Shown piece by piece: positions 1-9,076 of a DNA stretch of 64,000 nucleotides. Origin of the DNA: Patescibacteria group bacterium (GTDB lineage: Bacteria > Patescibacteriota > JABMPQ01 > JAHIRA01); the NCBI GenBank assembly GCA_018818205.1, contig JAHISJ010000013.1, positions 16,661 through 80,660 of the forward strand. The letters run 5' to 3'. Under the pieces are notes generated by a model. That model was not told where the DNA came from, ran no database searches, and worked only from the letters and a program-made list of their open reading frames with translations. How positions within the stretch are numbered: position 1 is the first letter of the stretch; each line of letters begins with the position of its first letter. The position numbers were made by a program, and so were the translations under genes.

Positions 1-1
1 T

Positions 2-193
2 ATTCCAAAGGACAAAGATTCAAACGGTCGTGTATATGACCTTATGGTGTTTAGACGTCGCGTTGGTGAAGTTAATAATTACTCCGCAGACGAATGGATT
101 TGGTATACGGAACTTTCCCCCCAAAACGAGCTTATCAGAGCAAGTCACTACGACTCGCTTATTGGAAAATGGCTCTGGGGAAACAATAATTAG
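2..193 (+). CDS. 3' end (about 63 codons) of an unidentified upstream gene, partial at the window edge
   Basis: Open frame from the window start to TAG at 191-193; no recognisable domain. Followed by a weak hairpin/T-run and then a consensus promoter. Confidence 0.25.
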   Translation: MPKDKDSNGRVYDLMVFRRRVGEVNNYSADEWIWYTELSPQNELIRASHYDSLIGKWLWGNNN

Positions 194-276
194 AATGATA
201 CGTATATTTATAGCCTCATGTCACCTAGTGATGTGAGGTTTTTTGTTACTTTTCCCCATAAACAACCCTAAAAATC

Positions 277-305
277 TTGACAAAACACAAAAAAAGTGAT
301 ATAGT
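277..305 (+). promoter_or_regulatory. sigma70-like promoter TTGACA-17-TATAGT; predicted TSS lies 6-7 nt upstream of the ATG at 312, so the mRNA is probably leaderless
   Basis: ttgaca at 277-282, 17-nt spacer, tatagt at 300-305, ATG at 312. Confidence 0.45.
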
Positions 306-311
306 TTTAAC

Positions 312-1790
312 ATGGAAAAAGTGTTATCCACATCAAAGTCTGTTTTTACCAAAGAGCGAGTTCTTTTGGGGCTCATATTTGTTTTTGGGGCGTTATATAC
401 TGCATCTGCCTATTTTAACCTACAAACAGAGCTTATTTTGCCGTTTGTGCTGCTTTTTTTGCTTATCTTTATTTTGCAGGGCTATTTTGCCGGATTTCTC
501 TCGATCATAGTATTAACTATGATTTTTGAGCACTTTTTTACCCTTGCGCCGCTCACTCTTTTTGGCTCAGAGTTTAAGATCTACGCGCTTGATTTCATTA
601 TCATTTTTTCAATAATCTCCTACTTTTTACACGAACGGATAAGAAATAAGAGAAGGATTACGTTTGGCAGCCTTAAAACACCCCTATTAATCTTTGCAGG
701 ACTTTGTCTTTTTTCTTTTATCTATGGTGTTTTGCGTGGAGGTGACGCTGCAGTTGCGTTTTCAAGCTTTAAAAACTATGCGCTGTACGCGGTTTTGTAT
801 ATTATGACCATCAATTTTGTTAACATTAAAGATAAATTAAGAGAGCTCATTAATACCATATTAGTAACAGGCCTTGGGCTTACTCTTTTTATTGTCGTGG
901 GGATTGTGCGTGGAGAAGGAATATGGGCCGAGTATAACATTCTCTCAACAGAAGGCGCGCGTCTTATTGCGGCAAGTCATGGGTTTTACCTGGGTATTGT
1001 CGTGCTTTTTGCGCTTCCACTTTACTTAAGTTCAAATATCATACTCAAGAAATGGGCGTTTCCGGTTATTGTTTTTCAAATCTTTGGTATTATTATTTCA
1101 CTTTCCAGGCATTTGTGGATTGGCCTAGCAGTCAGTCTCGCACTCATTTTTATACTTGTTCCAAGGATTCAAAAGAAAAAGATGCTTAAATCATTCGCGC
1201 TGTATGGCGGACTTTTTATAGCCGGACTTTCTGTATTAGTGTGGGGGTATGCTCTTGTAATCGGCAATGTTTCTGCACTCATTCCATCCGATTTTTTTGC
1301 AAATATTGCACAGAGGTTTTCGAGTATCAGCTTTATTAACGCGGATGATCCATCCGGTTTATGGCGACTCTTTTTGTGGCAAAAGTCTTTGGCGCTTCTT
1401 GCTCAAAGCCCGTTTATTGGCATTGGCTTTGGGTCTGCAGTGACGTTTGACTTCTTAGGGTACCCTATAGACGCGGAAGTGAGAAGCATGCACAATAGCT
1501 TTTTAGGTATTTTAGTACAGATGGGAGCTATTGGGCTTTTGGCTTTTTTAGCGCTTATCGCCAAAATTTTTTATGGGTTTGTACGAAATTTCAAACAGAT
1601 GTCGGGTATTTATAAAGCGATTGCGATTGGTGCCTTAGCCAATGTGATCTATTTTCTGATACTTGCTAATTTTGGCGTGTATTTTGAGTTGAACTCTCTT
1701 GTTGTTTTCTTTTGGATTTTGGTCGGTATTCTAGAAGTGAGTATTATTTTTTCTAAACGTGAGCATGAAAAAAGTAACCGTTTAAAGTAA
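312..1790 (+). CDS. O-antigen ligase / Wzy_C-family polytopic membrane protein
   Basis: About 10 predicted TM helices. Periplasmic loop with GIGFGS...HNSFLGILVQMGAIGL, matching the Wzy_C/WaaL signature. Confidence 0.65.
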   Translation: MEKVLSTSKSVFTKERVLLGLIFVFGALYTASAYFNLQTELILPFVLLFLLIFILQGYFAGFLSIIVLTMIFEHFFTLAPLTLFGSEFKIYALDFIIIFSIISYFLHERIRNKRRITFGSLKTPLLIFAGLCLFSFIYGVLRGGDAAVAFSSFKNYALYAVLYIMTINFVNIKDKLRELINTILVTGLGLTLFIVVGIVRGEGIWAEYNILSTEGARLIAASHGFYLGIVVLFALPLYLSSNIILKKWAFPVIVFQIFGIIISLSRHLWIGLAVSLALIFILVPRIQKKKMLKSFALYGGLFIAGLSVLVWGYALVIGNVSALIPSDFFANIAQRFSSISFINADDPSGLWRLFLWQKSLALLAQSPFIGIGFGSAVTFDFLGYPIDAEVRSMHNSFLGILVQMGAIGLLAFLALIAKIFYGFVRNFKQMSGIYKAIAIGALANVIYFLILANFGVYFELNSLVVFFWILVGILEVSIIFSKREHEKSNRLK

Positions 1791-1799
1791 TCAAATTAT

Positions 1800-2633
1800 A
1801 TGAAGAAATATTCATTTGTGATTTTGACCTACAATTCAGAGAAGACGATTAAAGACTGCATCCAGTCGGTAATTGATAAAACTACCGGCATTGAGCGTGA
1901 AATTATTGTAGTTGATAACGATTCCAAAGATGGGACAGTCGATTTTCTAAAGAAGGAGTTTGCTGGTTTGATCACCTTGATAGAAAATAAGAAGAATACA
2001 GGCTTTTCCGGCGGCATGAACGTAGGGCTAAAAAAAGCTACAGGTGATTACCTTATTATGCTCAACCCTGATGCGCATATAGAGAAAATTGACTTTGATA
2101 CGATAGAAAAACAGTTTAAAAAAGAGGGGATAGGGGTGATTGCGCCAAAAATTGTTTGGCCAGATGGAACACTCCAGCCTTCATTTGGGTTTTATCCAAC
2201 AAGACTCAGGCTTCTTTTACACTTTTCAAAACTACAAAGAGTGTTACCAAATGGGTTTTTAGTTTATAATAATAAGTGGAACAAGCATTTCTATAAAACT
2301 TTGAGTGATGTTGACTGGGCGTCGGGGTGTTCGCTTGTTATCCCTAAAACTGTTTTAGAGAAAATAGACTATTTTGATGAGAACTTCTTCTTGTATGTTG
2401 AGGACGTTGATCTCTGTAAACGGATTAAAGATGAAGGGTACTCGATCATTGTTGACCCATCTATTGTTATCTCTCACATTCTGCAAGCGAGTGTAAAAGA
2501 AGACTTAGGCAAAAACCTCGACTTTCAAAAAGAGAGCTTTGAGTATTTCTTTAAGAAACATTACAATAAGAATATTAAGGGTTTAATGACGGCGATATAT
2601 GCGTTGATTAAGCGCAAACTGCCGAAGAAGTAA
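1800..2633 (+). CDS. glycosyltransferase family 2
   Basis: N-terminal VILTYNSEKT...VVDNDSKDGT, then GFSGGMNVG and NPDA motifs; paralogous to 25340 and 50702. Confidence 0.8.
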   Translation: MKKYSFVILTYNSEKTIKDCIQSVIDKTTGIEREIIVVDNDSKDGTVDFLKKEFAGLITLIENKKNTGFSGGMNVGLKKATGDYLIMLNPDAHIEKIDFDTIEKQFKKEGIGVIAPKIVWPDGTLQPSFGFYPTRLRLLLHFSKLQRVLPNGFLVYNNKWNKHFYKTLSDVDWASGCSLVIPKTVLEKIDYFDENFFLYVEDVDLCKRIKDEGYSIIVDPSIVISHILQASVKEDLGKNLDFQKESFEYFFKKHYNKNIKGLMTAIYALIKRKLPKK

Positions 2634-2670
2634 GTTTTAAAAATTGTACGCCTTGTTCCTCCCCCTATAA

Positions 2671-2694
2671 CCCTCCCCTTAGTAAAAGGGAGGG
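2671..2694 (+). terminator. GC-rich hairpin (7-bp stem ccctccc/gggaggg) followed by a short T-run, between two GT genes; possible weak terminator or attenuator
   Basis: Direct inspection; the pyrimidine tract ccttgttcctccccctataaccctcccc is unusual for this AT-rich sequence. Confidence 0.3.
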
Positions 2695-2724
2695 GACACC
2701 TTTTACTCACAATCTTAAACACAT

Positions 2725-3972
2725 ATGAAGGTTCTGCACGCAAACAAATTCTACTACCTCCAAGGAGGTACTGAGCGATACTTCATTGAGACAATGGAGC
2801 TTTTGGAAAAGGAAAAAATCCAGTGTGTACCGTTTGCTATGCATCATCCAAAAAACTTAGAAACACCTTATAGCAAGTATTTTGTTAGTAATGTCGATTT
2901 TTCTAAAGTATCGTTTTCTAAAGAGGGGTTTAGGGTTGCTGGACGAATGCTCTACTCATTTGAGGCAAAGAAAAAGGTAGAAAAGCTCATAGAGGATGAA
3001 AAACCGGATATTGCGCATATCCACAACATTTATCATCAGATTTCACCATCGATTCTACCTGTTTTTAAAAATAACAACATTCCCGTTGTAATGTCTGTGC
3101 AGGACCATAAAATTATCTGTCCTGACTTTTTACTCTGTACCAATCATCCTAAACTCAGATATTGTCAAGACTGTAAACGGCATAAATATTACAAGGCGAT
3201 CCAGAATAAGTGTATCAAGGAATCATATATGGCAAGTACGCTTACGGCGCTTGAGATGTCGTTTCACAAGCTGGTGGGATACTATGAACGGTTTGTTGAT
3301 ACCTATATAGCTCCCAGCAATTTTGTCAAAGAACTTCTTATTGAGTGGGGGTATCCAGAAAAGAAAATCGTTACTATTCCGCTTTACGTTAAACATGACG
3401 AGCGTCCATACTCGTTTATGTATGATTCACAGAACCCCTATATTATCTACTGGGGACGCCATTCAAAAGAAAAGGGTGTCAGGTATTTAGTTGCGGCAAT
3501 GGAGAAGCTGCCTCACGTAAAGTGTATTATCTGTGGAACCGGTCCCGAGCATGAAGAGCTTAAACAAATTGCGAAAGACAAGAAGATTGATAACGTGGTG
3601 TTTTTAGGCTTTGTTCCTGACGAGGACTTAACACGAATTGCGCGGGATGCTCAGTTTGTCATTGTGCCATCAGTGTTTCCAGAAAACTTTGGACTGGTAG
3701 TAACAGAGGGGTTTGCGTTTGGAAAGCCGGTTATTGGGCCAAAGAGGGGAGCGCCTACTGAGCTTATTGATGTTGATAGAAATGGTCTCCTTTTTGAGGC
3801 ACAGAATGCAACTGACCTTGCAGAAAAGATTGATTCTTTGTGGAATAAAAAGGATAAGATTTCAGAAATGGGCAAAGAGGCAAGACGTGATGCAGAAACA
3901 CTCTATGATCCAAAATTACATATTGAAAGACTTATAACTACATACAACACTGTTCTTAAAAAAAATAAATAA
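2725..3972 (+). CDS. glycosyltransferase family 4 (GT-B, retaining type)
   Basis: EX7E motif PENFGLVVTEGFAFGKPVIG in the C-terminal half. Confidence 0.8.
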   Translation: MKVLHANKFYYLQGGTERYFIETMELLEKEKIQCVPFAMHHPKNLETPYSKYFVSNVDFSKVSFSKEGFRVAGRMLYSFEAKKKVEKLIEDEKPDIAHIHNIYHQISPSILPVFKNNNIPVVMSVQDHKIICPDFLLCTNHPKLRYCQDCKRHKYYKAIQNKCIKESYMASTLTALEMSFHKLVGYYERFVDTYIAPSNFVKELLIEWGYPEKKIVTIPLYVKHDERPYSFMYDSQNPYIIYWGRHSKEKGVRYLVAAMEKLPHVKCIICGTGPEHEELKQIAKDKKIDNVVFLGFVPDEDLTRIARDAQFVIVPSVFPENFGLVVTEGFAFGKPVIGPKRGAPTELIDVDRNGLLFEAQNATDLAEKIDSLWNKKDKISEMGKEARRDAETLYDPKLHIERLITTYNTVLKKNK

Positions 3973-3975
3973 TTC

Positions 3976-5235
3976 ATGAGAAAACGTGCGCTTGATTTTT
4001 ATGCGTGTCCGGCGTGTAAGACGTTTCCACTGTTTCTTTCACATGATAGAGATGAGGTGATATTCAATAATCTCTTAGATGTCGCGGCAGAAACATATCA
4101 ATGCAAGCAGTATTGTAGCCGTAATCGTCGGATGGTAAATAGCCAGGACGATGCATATGCACTCGGATGTAAGAAATGCCATGAAGAGCAGGTTAAAACA
4201 GCAACGCTTACCTGCAAAAAATGTGGCTATGTTTTTTGTATAGAAAACTTTCTTCCAAACTTTAGACTAGATCATGCTAAAAAGCATAGCAGCGATCATT
4301 GCGAGTCACTGGGGAAAGGCGTTGTTCAGAAGCATGAATCGTTTTATACAAGGGCAGAGCAGGAAAAGGAACTGTATAGAAGAGTTAAAGCACTTTTACC
4401 TTTTAGCAGAGCAAAAAAACCTCGAGCAAAAAAGAATATGGAGGACGATCTTGAGTATCGGTCTAAATATCCTGAGAAAGATAAATATATTCCGGTTTTT
4501 GAGGAATATCTGTCAAAAAAACCTGTATACACTCTAGAGCTCGGTATTGGTCAAGGTGGGTTTACCTCGAGCGTTAAGAAGTTTTTTAAACCTGCAGTGT
4601 CATTTGGCCTAGACTATGAGCCTAAATGGGCAGAGATTGCGTGGATTCGTGATCCGGAAACAGAAGTGCTTACAGCAGACGCGCGTAAACTTCCCTTTAG
4701 AGATAGTTCAATCGATTTAGTATTTTCTGCATATACACTTGAACACATTGTAAACGTTGATCCAGTCATTCATGAAACAGCGCGTGTTGCTGATGAAGCA
4801 TTTTTAGTATTTGGCCCCAGCAAATGGTCTCTTTACGACGTTCATTTTGAAAAGGCGCCGCTTGTGCCACTCTTACCTGCGTTTTTAGCAAAGCGTCTTG
4901 CGTACTTGTGGAAGGTTAAGAAGGTTGGATTTAATTATGCACAGGGTGAAATATTTGATGAGTATGCTACAATGAACTACATACGACCGTCCTACTTTGA
5001 GAGACTTGCTCACAAGGCTGGTTTTAAACCTGTTCCGTTACTAAAAGAACAGCTTACTGAGTCGTTTAAGGAGGCGTATCAGTACCATTCAATTATGAAG
5101 GTTGTACAGAAGTTTGGCTTTATAGTACTTCCCATTGTTTCTTTGGTGGAGAAGATGAAGCTACAACCGTTTATGGTCTACTTTTTAAAAAAAGAAAAAG
5201 CAACGATAGTTGAAAAAAAGAAAGCAAAAAAGTAA
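3976..5235 (+). CDS. Trm112-like zinc-ribbon fused to a class I SAM-dependent methyltransferase
   Basis: N-terminal FYACPACK...LTCKKCGYVFCIENFLPNF matches the Trm112 CPxC...CxxC...IP pattern. Methyltransferase motif I LELGIGQGGF and motif II DLVFSAYTLEHI follow. Confidence 0.6.
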   Translation: MRKRALDFYACPACKTFPLFLSHDRDEVIFNNLLDVAAETYQCKQYCSRNRRMVNSQDDAYALGCKKCHEEQVKTATLTCKKCGYVFCIENFLPNFRLDHAKKHSSDHCESLGKGVVQKHESFYTRAEQEKELYRRVKALLPFSRAKKPRAKKNMEDDLEYRSKYPEKDKYIPVFEEYLSKKPVYTLELGIGQGGFTSSVKKFFKPAVSFGLDYEPKWAEIAWIRDPETEVLTADARKLPFRDSSIDLVFSAYTLEHIVNVDPVIHETARVADEAFLVFGPSKWSLYDVHFEKAPLVPLLPAFLAKRLAYLWKVKKVGFNYAQGEIFDEYATMNYIRPSYFERLAHKAGFKPVPLLKEQLTESFKEAYQYHSIMKVVQKFGFIVLPIVSLVEKMKLQPFMVYFLKKEKATIVEKKKAKK

Positions 5236-5242
5236 TATACAT

Positions 5243-5581
5243 ATGTCAAAGGACATTGACATGAAAAATGAGTACGAAGATGAATCGGATGACAGTTATG
5301 AATACGATGATTATGATGAGGATGAGATAAACGAGTTCTTGGAGAACGAAGAGGAGGAGGGGAAGTCTTTTGATGTAGTAAGAGCTGAAGTTCACGAGGT
5401 ACTTGCTCGCTATTTTGAAAAGAACGAAGTTCCCTTTGCTTGGGAGGCAAAGATTTTGCTAGATAATGTTGCTCAGGCTATTCACGATCAATTTGCGACA
5501 CATGAAGAAGATATTACCAAGTTGTACGAGGAGGTAGATCGGTTGAAGATGAGGGATAGAGAGAAGGATTCTAGGAAATAG
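5243..5581 (+). CDS. hypothetical highly acidic protein (DE-rich N-terminus)
   Basis: ORF with start moved to 5243 to avoid overlap with the upstream gene. Followed by a strong intrinsic terminator. Confidence 0.45.
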   Translation: MSKDIDMKNEYEDESDDSYEYDDYDEDEINEFLENEEEEGKSFDVVRAEVHEVLARYFEKNEVPFAWEAKILLDNVAQAIHDQFATHEEDITKLYEEVDRLKMRDREKDSRK

Positions 5582-5602
5582 GGCTATATTTTGGCTAAGT
5601 TT

Positions 5603-5638
5603 AAAAATACGATCGAATGATCGTATTTTTTTTGTTTG
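5603..5638. terminator. bidirectional rho-independent terminator (8-bp stem atacgatc/gatcgtat, loop gaat, A-run before and T-run after)
   Basis: Hairpin 5607-5626 flanked by aaaa and ttttttttt; lies between convergent genes. Confidence 0.6.
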
Positions 5639-5646
5639 TATTTTAT

Positions 5647-5755
5647 ATGTCATCCCGGACAGTTTTTCCGAAAACTGATCCGGGATCTCGTTGAGTGCAG
5701 CATTAGAAACGAGATCCCGGATATCCACTTAAGAAAGTGAATTCCGAGATGACAT
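5647..5755. repeat. structured palindromic element (closing stem atgtcatc/gatgacat enclosing three hairpins); its core is about 85% identical to the perfect palindrome at 62541-62588
   Basis: Core gtcatcccggacagtttttccgaaaactgatccgggat compared with gtcatcccggatcagtctttccgaagactgatccgggat. Second hairpin gggatctcgtt/aacgagatccc (11 bp). Confidence 0.5.
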
Positions 5756-5805
5756 AAAAAAGGGGAGCGGGCAGTATTACCTATCTCCTCGAACATAAAA
5801 AAGTC

Positions 5806-8800
5806 TTATCTATCTCCCGCAACATCAATGCCACCACGATGTTCTTTAGCAAATGCATAGAAGTTGACCGCAATTGCTTTACCGTTTGCTTCAAATGCAC
5901 GAACTTGTGGGGTACCGCCATTCCCAGCACCGGTAATGACTTCGTCAATGCCATTATTATCAAGATCAGCAGTAGTAACGTGTGCCCCGACGGGGAAGTT
6001 ACCATATGCTTTCCATTCACCCACAACTGTTTTTTGGTTGTTATATCTATACACTTTTACCCACGCATGCGCGTGACCGGATTGTGCGGCGACAATCTCA
6101 TCCTTGCCGTCACCATCAGCGTCGCCTGCAGCAACGGAGATACCGTCTCTATATAATGGATGAAAGGCAAAGAATTGCATGGGGCGCCTGATCCCATTTC
6201 CTTCGTATACTCTAATTAATGGTCCGCCGCCTTTTCCTGCACCTACAATAATCTCATCTTGTCCATCGTTATCAATATCGCCAGCGGCAACATCTGCACC
6301 ACATTGCACTTTTCCAAAAACGTTGAAGTTTGCTAGTACCGTTTTATTTGTGTCTGCTTTATACACTTTTACCCATGCTTCTCCGTCTGATTTTTGTGAG
6401 ACAATAATTTCTGCTTTTCCATCACCATCTACATCACCACCGGCAACGTCAACGCCCCCTCTAAAGTTTGGATGAAAGGGGAAGAAGTTCATTATTTCTT
6501 TTCCTTCATGATCAAAAACACGAACATGCGGCCCACCTCCCGGACCTGCGCCAGTTATAATGTCTTTGTGACCATCTCCGTTTACGTCCGCATAGGCAAC
6601 CGAGACGCCTCCTCTAAAGTTTTTATTATATGCCAAGAAACTTAGGTTAGTAGGAACACCAGATTTATCAAAGGTTTTAACATGCGGATTGCCTCCGGAA
6701 AGCGCTGAAGTGACTATTTTTGTTTCTCTGTCTTTAGCTTTCCTTGGCGGATCTTCAGTAATATCGGTTGTTTTTGGTGCAAATAGTGATTGAGATTGCT
6801 CATTTGAGGGTTCTTCATTTTGTGGTTCATTTTGTGGTTCATTTTGTGGAACTGAAGGCGTTGTTGGATTCGGTTCAGCTAGTGTGGGTATGGGTTCTGT
6901 ATCGGGTGTTTCTTCAGGGGTTAGAGTAATATCAAGTTCAAGTATCGTTACTGAATGAGGGGGAAACGAGTAAGAAAATAGTGGCCCGACATTACTGATT
7001 GAACTTTGCTTGATGGTAACATCGATATAGTTTTCATTGTTTGCCCCAAGAGCATATCCATCTAAAGTATATACTTTTGCTGAAGACCCAGGTGCCGCAT
7101 TCTTGATTTTAATTGAGGTCTGCATTGATGCAAGCTCATGCTTGTTGATACCTGCAATGTACAGTTTCTTGTCACTGGCGTCGCGTGATGCGTAAGAAGT
7201 AAAGTAAGGGGCATCTGAAAGCCCAGGAAGAGAGTCAAGTTCATCCACCGAGTAAACAGGTACGTCAAACAAGTTAACCGGAAGCATAATATCACCAAAG
7301 TGTTCAGAGAAGAGAGATAATGCAAGTGCAGATGGCCGTGCGTTTAAATTATCTGTAAATGCGTGCCAATGTGAATCGCTACTACCGAGTGCATGAAACT
7401 GAGCACGCTCGACATCGTTTTTGGCAGCTTCTGCTAAAAGTTCTGACGTTGCAATACCAAATGCAAGACTCTTTCCTTTGTCTGAGTCGTGCGTGTTGAA
7501 TTCTGTGAGTAACACTTCTATTGATCCTGCTTTGCTGGGCGCATAGTGTCTTAACAAATCTCTCGTTTGCTCAACCTGTCCTTTTGATCCATTGTTGTAC
7601 GATGACTTAAAAGCATTTCCCCAAGAGTAGGGGCTTGCAAGGAGTTGTTGGTTAGATACGTGCGTACCGCCTTCTGTGGGCATGTAGTAGTGTAGAACGA
7701 TAAAGTCAAGATCGTGTGCCGCGGTTTGTAACACATCTCTATCCCAATCAGAAAAGCCAACAAGGAGCGACGCACCAACTTTTATTGTGGGATCGACTGC
7801 TTTCATGGCTTTGGCATATTCTTTGATCTGTTCGCCGTACGTGGCTCCGGGCATGTGATTGTCGCCATATGCCCATATTTCGTTTCCAAGCTCAAAATAT
7901 TCTATGTTGAGCTTTTTGTTCTTATTTAAATCATAGACCAACTGTGCCGCATCTTCCGGTGTTCCCCGGAGATTAACGGTTACCTGTGGTTTGAGACTAG
8001 CATCCTTTGCTGTTTGTAGCTGGCCCTCAAAATCCATTACTTCCCATGGATTATTGGATGAGAAGGGGTGTGGATATGCGCTTTGCCACATAAACCTATA
8101 CCCTGAAAGCGGATCTTTGTGCCTAAAAGCAATACCCATAAAGCCTCTTTCATATGCATGTGCAGCGGCACCACGGATGGTTGCTTTGACACTATAGTTT
8201 TTCCAGCCCTGCTCGCCAACTTTCTTAAGTGAGAGGCTTTGCTGGCCTACATGATGATACGCACCATCTTTGTGTTCCCAGGTTCCATTGTCAAACCATG
8301 AGGGGAATCCATCATTATTCCATGCAGGCGAAATGCCGGCATCAAAATTGTCCTCAAAGAGGGGATTTTCGTATTCGTCTAGGATTTGAACGTTATCAAA
8401 ATACACTTCTTGATTAAAACTTGAATATAATCCGACTTCCCCCTCTGAAAATGCGCTGTCGGTTATATCAAAGATTTGCTGTCCATCAATGTATAATCGG
8501 TAATTATTACCATGCACGACAATTTCAACGCTGTAGTTTTTATTATATTCATATGGGACATTGTCACTTGCGAGTACATTCCATACACCATTGTCTACTT
8601 TTGCTATAAAACGCTTACCGGGGTCGTATGGCGCTGCAAGGCGTATTGATTCAGCGGGATAGTCTCTTAGTGTGCTACTTAAATCAGCGTTATGTACAAA
8701 TTCTGAACTGACGCTGTATCCATAGAGATTGGGGTTGATGCTACTTGTTGCGTTTAAGGCATCTACAGTCATTTTGGGACTAAAACTCTGTCCGACGGAC

Positions 8801-8928
8801 TCAATAATAGTTGATATTACAACAAGAATCGCAATTAATGCGATTACCTTAGAAAATCTTACCACTTGAGAAAATAGAAACCGTGGTGTTTTGTTTGCTC
8901 TTTTTAGAAAAGAGGTTCTTCTCTTCAT
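5806..8928 (-). CDS. membrane-anchored multidomain surface protein: concanavalin/LamG-like lectin domains, clan GH-A glycoside hydrolase, Pro/Gln/Glu-rich linker, C-terminal FG-GAP/VCBS beta-propeller repeats
   Basis: N-terminal TM segment. ELGNE acid/base-like motif and LTEFN nucleophile-like motif. PQNEPQNEPQNE linker. At least 5 repeats of the type DxDGDGxxDIIxGAGxGGGPxVRVF. Confidence 0.75.
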   Translation of the reverse strand: MKRRTSFLKRANKTPRFLFSQVVRFSKVIALIAILVVISTIIESVGQSFSPKMTVDALNATSSINPNLYGYSVSSEFVHNADLSSTLRDYPAESIRLAAPYDPGKRFIAKVDNGVWNVLASDNVPYEYNKNYSVEIVVHGNNYRLYIDGQQIFDITDSAFSEGEVGLYSSFNQEVYFDNVQILDEYENPLFEDNFDAGISPAWNNDGFPSWFDNGTWEHKDGAYHHVGQQSLSLKKVGEQGWKNYSVKATIRGAAAHAYERGFMGIAFRHKDPLSGYRFMWQSAYPHPFSSNNPWEVMDFEGQLQTAKDASLKPQVTVNLRGTPEDAAQLVYDLNKNKKLNIEYFELGNEIWAYGDNHMPGATYGEQIKEYAKAMKAVDPTIKVGASLLVGFSDWDRDVLQTAAHDLDFIVLHYYMPTEGGTHVSNQQLLASPYSWGNAFKSSYNNGSKGQVEQTRDLLRHYAPSKAGSIEVLLTEFNTHDSDKGKSLAFGIATSELLAEAAKNDVERAQFHALGSSDSHWHAFTDNLNARPSALALSLFSEHFGDIMLPVNLFDVPVYSVDELDSLPGLSDAPYFTSYASRDASDKKLYIAGINKHELASMQTSIKIKNAAPGSSAKVYTLDGYALGANNENYIDVTIKQSSISNVGPLFSYSFPPHSVTILELDITLTPEETPDTEPIPTLAEPNPTTPSVPQNEPQNEPQNEEPSNEQSQSLFAPKTTDITEDPPRKAKDRETKIVTSALSGGNPHVKTFDKSGVPTNLSFLAYNKNFRGGVSVAYADVNGDGHKDIITGAGPGGGPHVRVFDHEGKEIMNFFPFHPNFRGGVDVAGGDVDGDGKAEIIVSQKSDGEAWVKVYKADTNKTVLANFNVFGKVQCGADVAAGDIDNDGQDEIIVGAGKGGGPLIRVYEGNGIRRPMQFFAFHPLYRDGISVAAGDADGDGKDEIVAAQSGHAHAWVKVYRYNNQKTVVGEWKAYGNFPVGAHVTTADLDNNGIDEVITGAGNGGTPQVRAFEANGKAIAVNFYAFAKEHRGGIDVAGDR
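6814..6849. repeat. perfect 12-nt tandem repeat (ttcattttgtgg x3) encoding the PQNE repeats of the linker in the 5806-8928 gene
   Basis: Direct inspection; in-frame, so copy number can change by slippage without frameshift. Confidence 0.8.
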
Positions 8929-8956
8929 ATCTTCATACTATCAACTTGTAGTAAAT

Positions 8957-8985
8957 ACTATAGCATTTATTTTTGATGTTGTCAA
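8957..8985 (-). promoter_or_regulatory. sigma70-like promoter TTGACA-17-TATAGT for the 5806-8928 gene
   Basis: Reverse complement gives ttgaca (8980-8985), 17-nt spacer, tatagt (8957-8962); about 25 nt upstream of the start codon. Confidence 0.45.
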
Positions 8986-9045
8986 GAGATTTGGGCTAGA
9001 AATAGAGATTTTCGGTGTATTGTGTATACTCTCCTTCCAAAACCC

Positions 9046-9074
9046 TTGACAAATTTTCTTTCGTATGCTAGTGT
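9046..9074 (+). promoter_or_regulatory. sigma70-like promoter TTGACA-17-TAGTGT for the GT4 gene at 9133
   Basis: ttgaca 9046-9051; -10 tagtgt 9069-9074. Confidence 0.4.
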
Positions 9075-9076
9075 GA

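Noticed and set aside
30-236. 68-aa ORF at the window start
   Set aside because: Overlaps the out-of-frame 3' end of an upstream gene and the hairpin/promoter region; no features of a real protein.
6179-6475. Many 60-160-aa ORFs in the six-frame track lying antisense or out-of-frame inside long confidently assigned genes (for example 1829-2017, 5864-6076, 6179-6475, 14760-15245, 21493-21855, 32029-32355)
   Set aside because: They are fully embedded in genes with clear family motifs, have no start context, and show low-complexity translations. Treated as spurious.
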